In this document: piece by piece, positions 36,629-44,445 of the stretch
Layout of the letters: every line of letters begins with the position of its first letter
Position numbering within the stretch: the first letter of the stretch is position 1
Sequence record: ON325435.2
Strand: one strand, 5' to 3'
DNA: 46,098 bases
Source: Staphylococcus phage CUB-EPI_14
The notes under the pieces: generated by a model
Told to the model about the DNA's origin: nothing
What the model saw: only the letters and a program-made list of their open reading frames with translations
Databases searched by the model: none
Position numbers and translations under genes: made by a program

Positions 36629-38434
36629 ATGAATTTTATTGATATTTGTAGCGGTATTGGTGGTTTTCGTACTGCTTTAGAAAACAACGGACATCAATGT
36701 TTAGCGTTTGCTGAAATAGATAAATTCGCTAAACAAAGTTACAAAGCTATATATGATACAAGTCAAGAGGAGGAGTTAGACGATGTTACAGCAGTCACAG
36801 ATGAACATTTTCGAATTTACAGAGGAGAAGTCGACATCATCACAGGAGGTTTCCCGTGTCAAACCTTTAGTATTGCAGGGAAACGTAGAGGGTTTGAAGA
36901 TACAAGAGGAACAATATTCTTTCACATTGCTAGGGCGATTAAAGAGATCCAACCATCTTATGTTTTACTGGAAAACGTCAAAGGGTTACTCTCACACGAC
37001 AAAGGGAGAACTTACGGAACAATCATTCAAACGTTGGATGAATTGGGGTATATCGTCGAATGGGGCGTGTTTAACAGCAAATACTGGGGAGTTCCGCAAA
37101 ATAGAGAACGAGTATACATCTTAGTAACTCGAAAAGATATTTTTAAAACCCCTAAATTATTTAAATTATTAAAGAAGCAAACTACAGTCGACACTCGTTT
37201 AGTTGACATCTTAGAGAAAGACGTAGACGAAAGGTACTATTTATCTGAAGAAAAGACAAGAAAGTTAACGTTGAATGAAGATTTAAGCGGTAGATTAAAC
37301 CAATATGATTTCGCCGAGAGAGATCGTATACACAGTGTAAACAAAGTAAGTCCTACTCTTAACACTATGCAGGGAGGAGATAGGCAACCGAAAGTCGCAA
37401 TAATTGGCAATACATCTAAAACTCATCATAATGCACATAACATTCATGATGTGAGAGGGTTAAGTCCTACAATTCAAGCACGAGATTATAAGGGTGCGAA
37501 ACAAATAGCGATACCAGTTTTAACACCTGATAGAGTGAACAAAGAACAAAATGGCAGAAGGTTTAAAGATAACAACGAATCGATGTTCACTTTAACAAGC
37601 CAAGATAAACACGGTGTTTTAATAAAAGAAGCTACTAAAAAAGGGTATACAGTGGCTAAATTAGGAGATAGCGTGAACACGTCTTATCCTGATAGTAAAA
37701 CTAGAAGAGGTCGTGTAGGTAAACAAGTTGCGCAAACTTTACAAGCAGGAGATGTTAATCAGGGTGTGATTATAGGAGGAGATTTTAATGCCAAGAAAAT
37801 TGAAAAAGACACCTTTGAAATATTGCAAACATTGCAAAAAGAAATTGGAGAGAAAGAGGTTGCCAAATGGAGATCTCGAATACTTGATTCATTTCAACAA
37901 GAGGAAATATTGCAACAAGATATGTATGAGAAGGGATTGGATATTGAACAAAACGAAAAGAAACTCGAACGAAACCAACAGTCGCACGAATGCGAGGTTA
38001 AGAATACAACTTTTGACAAACAAGAGAGAATGCGAGAAATGCCAATCAACAAAGAATTTAGATGTTCATCACATGGACGAGAATCCATTCAACAATTCAC
38101 TAGAGAACTTACAAGTATTATGCAGAAGTTGTCATACGAAACATCACAGGAAAAGAACTTGTACTATCTGCGAGAAACCACACAAGGGATTAGGTTATTG
38201 CAACAAGCATTATATAAGATTCAAGAAGTATGGGAATCCTTGCTACACAAAAAAACAAGTGTCAGAATAAGAAAACTTACCGAAAAAGAATGCTGGCGAC
38301 TTCAGGGCTTTACAGATGAGCAATTTTACAAAGCAAAAAATGACGGCGTAAGTAAATCGCAATTATATAAACAAGCAGGAAATGCGGTTACTGTAAATGT
38401 AGTAGACGCTATAGTTAGAGAGATAAAAAATTAA
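36629..38434 (+). CDS. DNA (cytosine-5) methyltransferase with an about 160-codon insertion
   Basis: Motifs: I FIDICSGIGGFR, IV GGFPCQTFS, VI ENVKGL, VIII QNRERVYIL, a target-recognition region (MFTLTSQDKHGV), IX RKLTEKECWRLQGF, X YKQAGNAVTV. The frame is open across the nested HNH gene. Confidence 0.8.
   Translation: MNFIDICSGIGGFRTALENNGHQCLAFAEIDKFAKQSYKAIYDTSQEEELDDVTAVTDEHFRIYRGEVDIITGGFPCQTFSIAGKRRGFEDTRGTIFFHIARAIKEIQPSYVLLENVKGLLSHDKGRTYGTIIQTLDELGYIVEWGVFNSKYWGVPQNRERVYILVTRKDIFKTPKLFKLLKKQTTVDTRLVDILEKDVDERYYLSEEKTRKLTLNEDLSGRLNQYDFAERDRIHSVNKVSPTLNTMQGGDRQPKVAIIGNTSKTHHNAHNIHDVRGLSPTIQARDYKGAKQIAIPVLTPDRVNKEQNGRRFKDNNESMFTLTSQDKHGVLIKEATKKGYTVAKLGDSVNTSYPDSKTRRGRVGKQVAQTLQAGDVNQGVIIGGDFNAKKIEKDTFEILQTLQKEIGEKEVAKWRSRILDSFQQEEILQQDMYEKGLDIEQNEKKLERNQQSHECEVKNTTFDKQERMREMPINKEFRCSSHGRESIQQFTRELTSIMQKLSYETSQEKNLYYLRETTQGIRLLQQALYKIQEVWESLLHKKTSVRIRKLTEKECWRLQGFTDEQFYKAKNDGVSKSQLYKQAGNAVTVNVVDAIVREIKN
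37788..38270 (+). CDS. HNH endonuclease nested (+1 frame) inside the methyltransferase gene
   Basis: It has its own SD AGGAGGA (37774-37780) and a frame-opening TAG at 37773-37775. It has CxxC/CxxC zinc knuckles and an HH...N...H core (CEKCQSTKNLDVHHMDENPFNNSLENLQVLCRSCHTKHH). Its stop overlaps the first codons of MTase motif IX. Confidence 0.7.
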   Translation: MPRKLKKTPLKYCKHCKKKLERKRLPNGDLEYLIHFNKRKYCNKICMRRDWILNKTKRNSNETNSRTNARLRIQLLTNKRECEKCQSTKNLDVHHMDENPFNNSLENLQVLCRSCHTKHHRKRTCTICEKPHKGLGYCNKHYIRFKKYGNPCYTKKQVSE

Positions 38435-38453
38435 ATAATTGGAGGATAAACAA

Positions 38454-38696
38454 ATGACTAAAAACACATTAAACGATTTAAACAACCACTTATTCGCGCA
38501 ATTAGAAAGATTAGGGGACGAAGAAATGAAAGGGGACGAATTGAAAGAAGAGCTTGAAAGATCTAAAGCCATATCAGACATAGCAAAAAACGTTGTTAGT
38601 AACGGCAATCTTATTTTACAAGCTCATAAATTTAAAGATCAAAGAATAGATAACGAAAACCAACTGCCTGAAATGTTAGAGGATAAAAAGAGATGA
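38454..38696 (+). CDS. hypothetical coiled-coil protein
   Basis: ATG after TTGGAGGATAAACAA. Confidence 0.4.
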   Translation: MTKNTLNDLNNHLFAQLERLGDEEMKGDELKEELERSKAISDIAKNVVSNGNLILQAHKFKDQRIDNENQLPEMLEDKKR

Positions 38697-39766
38697 CGCG
38701 ATTGACATGGAAACGAAAACACATCGACTATGTTAATTCTATATACAAGAAAAACAAAGCAAAAGATGTGACGAAAATGTTTAACGATGAATTCGGCACT
38801 GATTTAAGTGTTAGTGCAGTAAGTAAAAAAATAAGGTATCTAAAAGGGTTAAACGGAAGTTATAAAAACGAAAGCGAAAGGAATGTGAACAATAAACCTA
38901 TAGGAACGATAAGAGAGGGGTTAAATGGATATTTAGAAATAAAAATAAAAAATATAAAATATAACGGCGATAAAAATTGGAAAAAGTATCATGAATATAT
39001 TTGGGAAAAAGAGAATGGTAAAACGATACCTGAAAAATATAAGGTAATTTTTCTTAATGATAACAAGAGAGATTGTCGTATAGAAAACCTTCGTTTAACA
39101 ACTCGTCATGTCTATAGAGTTATGATTAGTAAGAAACTATTTTCTAATGATCCTAAAGAAACGATTAAAGGTATAAAAGAAGCTGAAACATTTATAAAAT
39201 CTAAAAAGCCTAAGAGAACATCGTTTAATTGGGAAAAGAAACACATTGACTTTTTAAAAAAACATGCAAAAGGTAGTAACACAAAAGAGATAACAAAAAA
39301 GTTCAACGATCATTTCAACACTAATAACAGTGATATGTCAGTACGTACACAAGTGTATAATCATAATTTAAAATTCGATAACCACCCCGGAAGATTTAAA
39401 AAAGGGAATATACCACCGGGAGAATATAAAATAGGAGACAAAGCTATAGACGGAGACGGTGGTGTGATAATAAAAATAGCAAATGATCATCATAATTATA
39501 AAAGGAATTGGAAGAAGTACCATATTTATTTATGGGAAAAGTATAAAGGAACCGTACCTGAAGAACACTTAGTCATATTTTTAAATAATGATAACAGAGA
39601 CTTTAGAATAGAAAATTTAGAACTTGTCCCTAGAAGTGTTTATCAAATGATGATATTAAACGACTTAGTATATGATGATCCAGAACTCACAAAAACAGGC
39701 ATTAATATAGCTAAGTTATTAAAAAAACAAACTAAAAATTCAGTGAAAGAGATGAAGAAAAGATAA
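38693..39766 (+). CDS. tandemly duplicated NUMOD-like + degenerate HNH_3-like protein (likely non-catalytic DNA-binding)
   Basis: Two about 175-aa repeats each contain W.KKHID...FND.F and NWKKYH.YxWEKxxGxxPE..VIFLNxDNRDxRIENLxL. The HNH_3 catalytic His is replaced (HIDG to FLND) in both copies. Confidence 0.55.
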   Translation: MTRLTWKRKHIDYVNSIYKKNKAKDVTKMFNDEFGTDLSVSAVSKKIRYLKGLNGSYKNESERNVNNKPIGTIREGLNGYLEIKIKNIKYNGDKNWKKYHEYIWEKENGKTIPEKYKVIFLNDNKRDCRIENLRLTTRHVYRVMISKKLFSNDPKETIKGIKEAETFIKSKKPKRTSFNWEKKHIDFLKKHAKGSNTKEITKKFNDHFNTNNSDMSVRTQVYNHNLKFDNHPGRFKKGNIPPGEYKIGDKAIDGDGGVIIKIANDHHNYKRNWKKYHIYLWEKYKGTVPEEHLVIFLNNDNRDFRIENLELVPRSVYQMMILNDLVYDDPELTKTGINIAKLLKKQTKNSVKEMKKR

Positions 39767-40026
39767 TGGATTATATAGAACAAGCTCTTGAAGAAATTGA
39801 AGGAAAATTAGGAAAAGAATTAGATTTAAAAAATGAAACATATTTACTTCAAACACCGTCGGCTTATATTTACGTTGGATTAGAAGAAGGCGACGACGGA
39901 GAAATGGATTTAAAAATACACGTTACTGGTGGCAACATCACTTATTTAGAAACAGATAACGACATGTTCAAAGACTTATATGTAAATGTTGATGAGGGAG
40001 AGAAGGATAAAAATGGCGACAGATAA
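39766..40026 (+). CDS. hypothetical acidic protein
   Basis: 86-aa ORF. Confidence 0.35.
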   Translation: MDYIEQALEEIEGKLGKELDLKNETYLLQTPSAYIYVGLEEGDDGEMDLKIHVTGGNITYLETDNDMFKDLYVNVDEGEKDKNGDR

Positions 40027-40192
40027 ACAAGTGGAATATGTTAAGGGCTTGCAAAAACAAACTTCACTTACTGATTATAGTCGTAAAGAAATAAAAGCTA
40101 TGACACATGAAGAGATAAGTAATTTAATAGATGAATTACGAGATGACATATTATATAACGAGTTAATGAGTTATGGATTACCAAACCAATAA
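40013..40192 (+). CDS. hypothetical small protein
   Basis: ATG after GAGGGAGAGAAGG. It overlaps the previous gene. Confidence 0.3.
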   Translation: MATDKQVEYVKGLQKQTSLTDYSRKEIKAMTHEEISNLIDELRDDILYNELMSYGLPNQ

Positions 40193-40210
40193 ATAAGGAG
40201 TGCATGAGTA

Positions 40211-40597
40211 ATGGTAAAGATTAAACAAAAGAAGAAAATGACATTACCGGAATTAATTCAGTGGGGTTGGAAGAACCGTATTACAGAAAAAGCGTTTTAT
40301 AGCAATCTCGATGGTGGTTCTGTGTATTTCGATAAGCTTCAAAATGTATCGATAGAGCATGAAACTGCTATAGATGAAACTTTTACAATAGAAGTCGAAG
40401 AGGAAATTACGGAAGATACTATTTTCCCTTTACTTTTAAAAATTTACGAAACGAGAGATAACGCAACAGAGGCTTCTATATATCGCAGTACATCTATCCA
40501 TATATCTGAAACTAGCACTAGAACTATCGCTTATTACCTGATTAATAACGATGGAACACTCATACTTATTTGGGAAAATGGAAAGTTGGTGGACTAG
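40211..40597 (+). CDS. hypothetical protein
   Basis: 128-aa ORF. Confidence 0.4.
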   Translation: MVKIKQKKKMTLPELIQWGWKNRITEKAFYSNLDGGSVYFDKLQNVSIEHETAIDETFTIEVEEEITEDTIFPLLLKIYETRDNATEASIYRSTSIHISETSTRTIAYYLINNDGTLILIWENGKLVD

Positions 40598-40600
40598 TAA

Positions 40601-40864
40601 ATGAACGCAGAAGCTAAGTTTGTTTCTAGTGTTATGGACGCTAGGTTGAAGAAAGCTAAAAGAGAACGTGACGCTTACAAGAAGCAACGTGATGAACTCA
40701 TCAATGATATGGCAGAAACGAAAAGGAAGGCAAAGGCGTTTGATGAGATAGATGATTTAATCGTTAACGGGACATTAAAAGATAGAGAGCCAAATGCAAT
40801 ATTTCAAAACATCTGTCATGTAATTATAAATTTAAAGGAGCGTTGCAGAGATGTGGAAATTTAA
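40601..40864 (+). CDS. hypothetical basic coiled-coil protein
   Basis: 87-aa ORF. Confidence 0.35.
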   Translation: MNAEAKFVSSVMDARLKKAKRERDAYKKQRDELINDMAETKRKAKAFDEIDDLIVNGTLKDREPNAIFQNICHVIINLKERCRDVEI

Positions 40865-41030
40865 AGAGTTCAAAGACTATGATGTAGGAACGAACATGAG
40901 TGCAATAGATCAATTAGAAATACATTGTGAAAAGTATAAAAACACTGAGGTTGTCGGATATACTGTTAACCATTTTGAAAACTTAAACAATAAAGAGAGA
41001 ACTTATATATTAGTTAAATATCTAGTTTAA
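40851..41030 (+). CDS. hypothetical small protein (59 aa)
   Basis: Unlisted ORF. Its ATG overlaps the previous gene's end. Confidence 0.3.
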   Translation: MWKFKEFKDYDVGTNMSAIDQLEIHCEKYKNTEVVGYTVNHFENLNNKERTYILVKYLV

Positions 41031-41050
41031 AAGTATAGGAGTGTAATGTT

Positions 41051-41320
41051 TTGAAATTAAATTTAAAGATAGAGATAAACGACGAAGATTTGTTAGAAGA
41101 TGTTGGGTTTCATAGAGAAGTGAATAAAGACGCTAAGGCAGCAAGTAAAATAGATAGTTTAAACGAAATGTTTGGCATGGTTTTAGTGAGATTAGTAAAT
41201 TTGCGACATGAAACTATGGAAGATCCTAACAATTGCAGTGGTAAAGATATAAGAAAAAGTATAGACGATTTCATAGATAATATAAAAGAAACAATAGAAG
41301 ATTTTAAGGAGGAACAATAA
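41051..41320 (+). CDS. hypothetical protein (TTG start)
   Basis: 89-aa ORF with the SD TAGGAGTG. Confidence 0.35.
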   Translation: MKLNLKIEINDEDLLEDVGFHREVNKDAKAASKIDSLNEMFGMVLVRLVNLRHETMEDPNNCSGKDIRKSIDDFIDNIKETIEDFKEEQ

Positions 41321-41653
41321 ATGACAAATACATTAGATCAATTAGTAGAACAAGTACAACAATGGAGCATCGATAAAGATTTACACAAAGGTAATTCAGA
41401 TAGACAAGCGCTTAAATTCTATGAGGAAGCCGGAGAAGTAGCTGCTGCATTGTCACGTGGGCAAATGGACGCACTGAAAGACGGTATAGGAGATACAGTC
41501 GTTACATTAATCATATTAGCGCAACAACATGATATGACATTACATGATATGACATTACAGGAGTGTTTACAATTTGCTTATGACGAAATAAAAGGAAGAA
41601 AAGGAAAGACAATCAATGGAACGTTCATCAAAGAGTCAGACCTTAAAGAATAA
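41321..41653 (+). CDS. MazG-like nucleotide pyrophosphohydrolase
   Basis: EEAGEVAAAL...GIGDTVVTLIILA fits the MazG/NTP-PPase EExGE...D motif. Confidence 0.65.
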   Translation: MTNTLDQLVEQVQQWSIDKDLHKGNSDRQALKFYEEAGEVAAALSRGQMDALKDGIGDTVVTLIILAQQHDMTLHDMTLQECLQFAYDEIKGRKGKTINGTFIKESDLKE

Positions 41654-41770
41654 AGATATAGTAGCAGAGATTAAAAGAATACTTCGCAAAGAGTAACGAG
41701 GAGTGAGAAAAAGATAGATTGAAAGGTATTATTGGTAGATTATTTAGAAAATGATTAGGAGTGATCAATA

Positions 41771-42103
41771 ATGATAGTTTATTTACCGCATTACGATAAC
41801 GGGGAAGATTATAGTGATTATTCACATAACGTGAGTACCAAAGCATATGTCAGATTAGAAGATGCTATTCAAGAGATAAAAGATAATGGCTTTATTATTA
41901 GAGAAGATAAGGATGCAAGTAGCATAGTAAGTACTGGTTATATAGGGGGAGATGTAGATGATAAGATCTTACCTTTTGCTTTTTACTCAATCAGTTTAGA
42001 AGAATATAAAAACAGGTTCAAATATAGTTATTTTCCTGACGATAGTAGGGAATTTGCTTATATTAACGAAATAGAATTAGTGGAGGGAGAAACTGATGCT
42101 TAA
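41771..42103 (+). CDS. hypothetical protein
   Basis: 110-aa ORF with the SD TTAGGAGTG. Confidence 0.4.
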   Translation: MIVYLPHYDNGEDYSDYSHNVSTKAYVRLEDAIQEIKDNGFIIREDKDASSIVSTGYIGGDVDDKILPFAFYSISLEEYKNRFKYSYFPDDSREFAYINEIELVEGETDA

Positions 42104-42254
42104 ACGTATATTAAAGATTTGGTTTATTATTATGATGTATGAAGTTGGTAAACTATTAGGCAGGGAGTTGTATTACTACTTAACAGCCAATGATGATATT
42201 GAAGCGCCAAACGACTTTAATGAAGAAGATCACATACATTTAAACGATTTATAA
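42096..42254 (+). CDS. small hydrophobic protein (52 aa)
   Basis: Unlisted ORF. It overlaps the previous stop and has an N-terminal TM-like segment. Confidence 0.3.
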   Translation: MLKRILKIWFIIMMYEVGKLLGRELYYYLTANDDIEAPNDFNEEDHIHLNDL

Positions 42255-42272
42255 TTAAGGAGTATTAATAAT

Positions 42273-42398
42273 ATGTGGATAATATTACCTATATTCTTTG
42301 GAAGTATACCAGTTATTGGCTTTATCATAGGGGTAAAGAGAGCAGATAAAATTAATCAAGTAGTTAAAGGAGAGTATAAAAATGTGGATAGCAATTAG
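42273..42398 (+). CDS. small membrane peptide (41 aa)
   Basis: Unlisted ORF with the SD TTAAGGAG and one TM segment. Confidence 0.3.
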   Translation: MWIILPIFFGSIPVIGFIIGVKRADKINQVVKGEYKNVDSN

Positions 42399-42585
42399 TG
42401 TAGTATTAGGGATTATATCTTTAATATCTATATTTGAGAACATGAGTAAAAGCAACACAATAAAATCGCTAGCATACGAGAACGCTTATCTTTTTATATT
42501 AATGCACGAAAAAGATGACAAAAGCATAAAAGATATTAACGATATGGCGAAAAGTGCTATTGAAAGACAGAGGTTTATAAAATGA
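42382..42585 (+). CDS. small membrane protein (67 aa)
   Basis: It has an N-terminal TM segment (MWIAISVVLGIISLISIF). Confidence 0.35.
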   Translation: MWIAISVVLGIISLISIFENMSKSNTIKSLAYENAYLFILMHEKDDKSIKDINDMAKSAIERQRFIK

Positions 42586-43061
42586 TAAATTATGCAAATA
42601 GAGGCAAGTTTTTAGAAACTGTCATCAATAATACGAACAAGATTTATAAAATGAAAGGTGTGGCTATCATAGATAAGATAGCTACACCTATTAACTACAA
42701 CAAAAAAGGTAAAAGCGCGTTTTATGAAGCGAAAAGCACTGTAGATTTTGTAGGGTGCTTAAACGAAGGACGTATGATAGCTTTTGATACTAAACAAACG
42801 AAACAAAAGTCGCTGCGATTTGCTAATATAGGACGACATCAAGAAGAATATTTAAGGAATATAAGCAAATTAGGTGGCATAGCATTTTTTCTTGTATATT
42901 TTGAAGCAGTAAATAAATACTACAGAATAAGCATAAATGATTATATGTATTTTAAAAATAATACAGGACGAAAAAGCATACCGATTAAGTTTTTCGAAGA
43001 TAATATCACAGAGGTGCGAAGCAAAGAAGGTTATCCCGTACATTATTTAGACGGTTTGTGA
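42582..43061 (+). CDS. recU: RecU-type Holliday junction resolvase
   Basis: It matches the RecU core over about 110 aa (VDFVGC...GRMIAFDTKQTK...FANIGRHQEEYLRNISKLGGIAFFLVYF...GRKSIPIKFFED...GYPV). Confidence 0.75.
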   Translation: MINYANRGKFLETVINNTNKIYKMKGVAIIDKIATPINYNKKGKSAFYEAKSTVDFVGCLNEGRMIAFDTKQTKQKSLRFANIGRHQEEYLRNISKLGGIAFFLVYFEAVNKYYRISINDYMYFKNNTGRKSIPIKFFEDNITEVRSKEGYPVHYLDGL

Positions 43062-43200
43062 TTGACTATGAAACATATATGTATTATATTTATTATAGCA
43101 ATTATATATTGCTAATGATTTAATCCTTTGTTTACCTTTTTCTTGTAATTTGTAATTTGATTTTCTCATTATCATTTCTGACTGCATGACTTACTTAGTA

Positions 43201-43232
43201 CGCCGGCTATTTTAGTCGGTGTATTTTTTTGT
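43201..43232 (+). terminator. rho-independent terminator
   Basis: 9-bp stem (two G-U pairs) CGCCGGCUA-UUU-UAGUCGGUG followed by UAUUUUUUUG. Confidence 0.55.
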
Positions 43233-43358
43233 CTAATTTTAATAATGAATAAAACATAACTCGTGTTTATCTTGTATATATATTGTTATATTTTCGTGCA
43301 TATCTCGTTCGTATTGTGTTATAATAGAGTATAAGCAAAAACAGAAAGTAGGGAAGAT

Positions 43359-43523
43359 ATGAAAGGAGCGTACGATGTACACGAAGTCGCAGATTTTTTA
43401 GAAATAAGTGTTCAGTCAGTGAGAAAATACATCAAAGAAGGAAAGCTCAAAGCTGTATTGATCGCAAACAAACACGTTATATCGGAACGTAATTATCAAA
43501 AGTTTATTGACGGAGATTGGTAG
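43359..43523 (+). CDS. small HTH DNA-binding protein (excisionase/MerR-like fold)
   Basis: Unlisted 54-aa ORF with an HTH-like stretch (HEVADFLEISVQSVRKYIKEGKL). It lies downstream of an extended -10 (TGTTATAAT, 43317-43325). Confidence 0.45.
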   Translation: MKGAYDVHEVADFLEISVQSVRKYIKEGKLKAVLIANKHVISERNYQKFIDGDW

Positions 43524-43906
43524 GTGTAAAAGTGATAAGCATAGAAGATAGCCTATATTATTTCAAAGCTAAATGTTATGAAGTTATCGACGGAGATACA
43601 GCTAAGTTTATGATAGATGTTGGCTTTGATACATACAGAGATAAACGCGTGAGATTTCTTAATATAGACACACCGGAAAGAGGACAGGATAACTACAAAG
43701 AAGCTACTGACTTTGTTAAAGAACGTATACTGAATAAAGAAGTTATCATAAGAACTTATAAAGCTGATAATTTTGGACGTTATTTAGGTGAGATATGGTA
43801 CTACGATGAAAAGCATGACAAATATAGATTGCTAAGTAATGATTTACTAGACAACGGCCTGGAGAAACCGGATAGCAAATGGAATAATTATATAAGCATG
43901 GAGTAG
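43517..43906 (+). CDS. thermonuclease (staphylococcal nuclease, SNase-like) family protein
   Basis: It has the SNase core motifs (EVIDGDT...VRFLNIDTPE...NKEVIIRTY...RYLGEIW). The start is uncertain; a GTG at 43532 is also possible. Confidence 0.65.
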   Translation: MVGVKVISIEDSLYYFKAKCYEVIDGDTAKFMIDVGFDTYRDKRVRFLNIDTPERGQDNYKEATDFVKERILNKEVIIRTYKADNFGRYLGEIWYYDEKHDKYRLLSNDLLDNGLEKPDSKWNNYISME

Positions 43907-43921
43907 ATATGGAGGTTTGTT

Positions 43922-44140
43922 ATGTTTAATGTTACAAGATCAATGATAGATAAAGCTATAGAAATTGTATCTAAAGAAACTAACAACGACTATTTAAAAG
44001 GGGATGAGTGTTATTTAATGCCTAATTATTATGTAGGTACTATGAATGTTAAAAATTATTTGTTTGAGTACAAAACATATCAAAACCCTGACGAAATACA
44101 AGAGAGATATTTTAGTGTTGAAGAACTTACGGAGGATTAA
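43922..44140 (+). CDS. hypothetical protein
   Basis: 72-aa ORF. Confidence 0.35.
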   Translation: MFNVTRSMIDKAIEIVSKETNNDYLKGDECYLMPNYYVGTMNVKNYLFEYKTYQNPDEIQERYFSVEELTED

Positions 44141-44144
44141 ATAA

Positions 44145-44432
44145 ATGTGGATTAATGTTATGAATTGGTTTGATAAGATGATGAGTGGAGATATAGAAAA
44201 ACAACCTAGATATTCTATATACTCAATTAGTTCAAAGTGTATATTCATAAAGGCAGATCACCCAGATTATTTAGAACGAGAATTAATGCAGTATTTACAC
44301 AAGCCTTGTTTTGATGGCTGGTTGTATGAGATAGATATTGTTAAAGGTAATAAAAAGAAACACTTAAGTTTAAGTAATAGAAAAGAAGTCAAAGAATTAG
44401 TGTTCATATCTGACATATATTTTAAATATTAG
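44145..44432 (+). CDS. hypothetical protein
   Basis: 95-aa ORF. Confidence 0.35.
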   Translation: MWINVMNWFDKMMSGDIEKQPRYSIYSISSKCIFIKADHPDYLERELMQYLHKPCFDGWLYEIDIVKGNKKKHLSLSNRKEVKELVFISDIYFKY

Positions 44433-44445
44433 GAGTAAAGCAAGT

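Noticed and set aside
36783-37124. 113-aa + strand ORF in an alternate frame inside the methyltransferase gene
   Set aside because: It has no SD, and its composition looks like a frame artefact. This contrasts with the nested HNH at 37,788, which has an SD and clear catalytic motifs.
37788-38270. Group I intron or intein explanation for the HNH insertion in the methyltransferase
   Set aside because: MTase coding sequence abuts the HNH ORF on both sides, leaving no room for intron core structures. The HNH is out of frame with the MTase, which excludes an intein. The host frame remains open.
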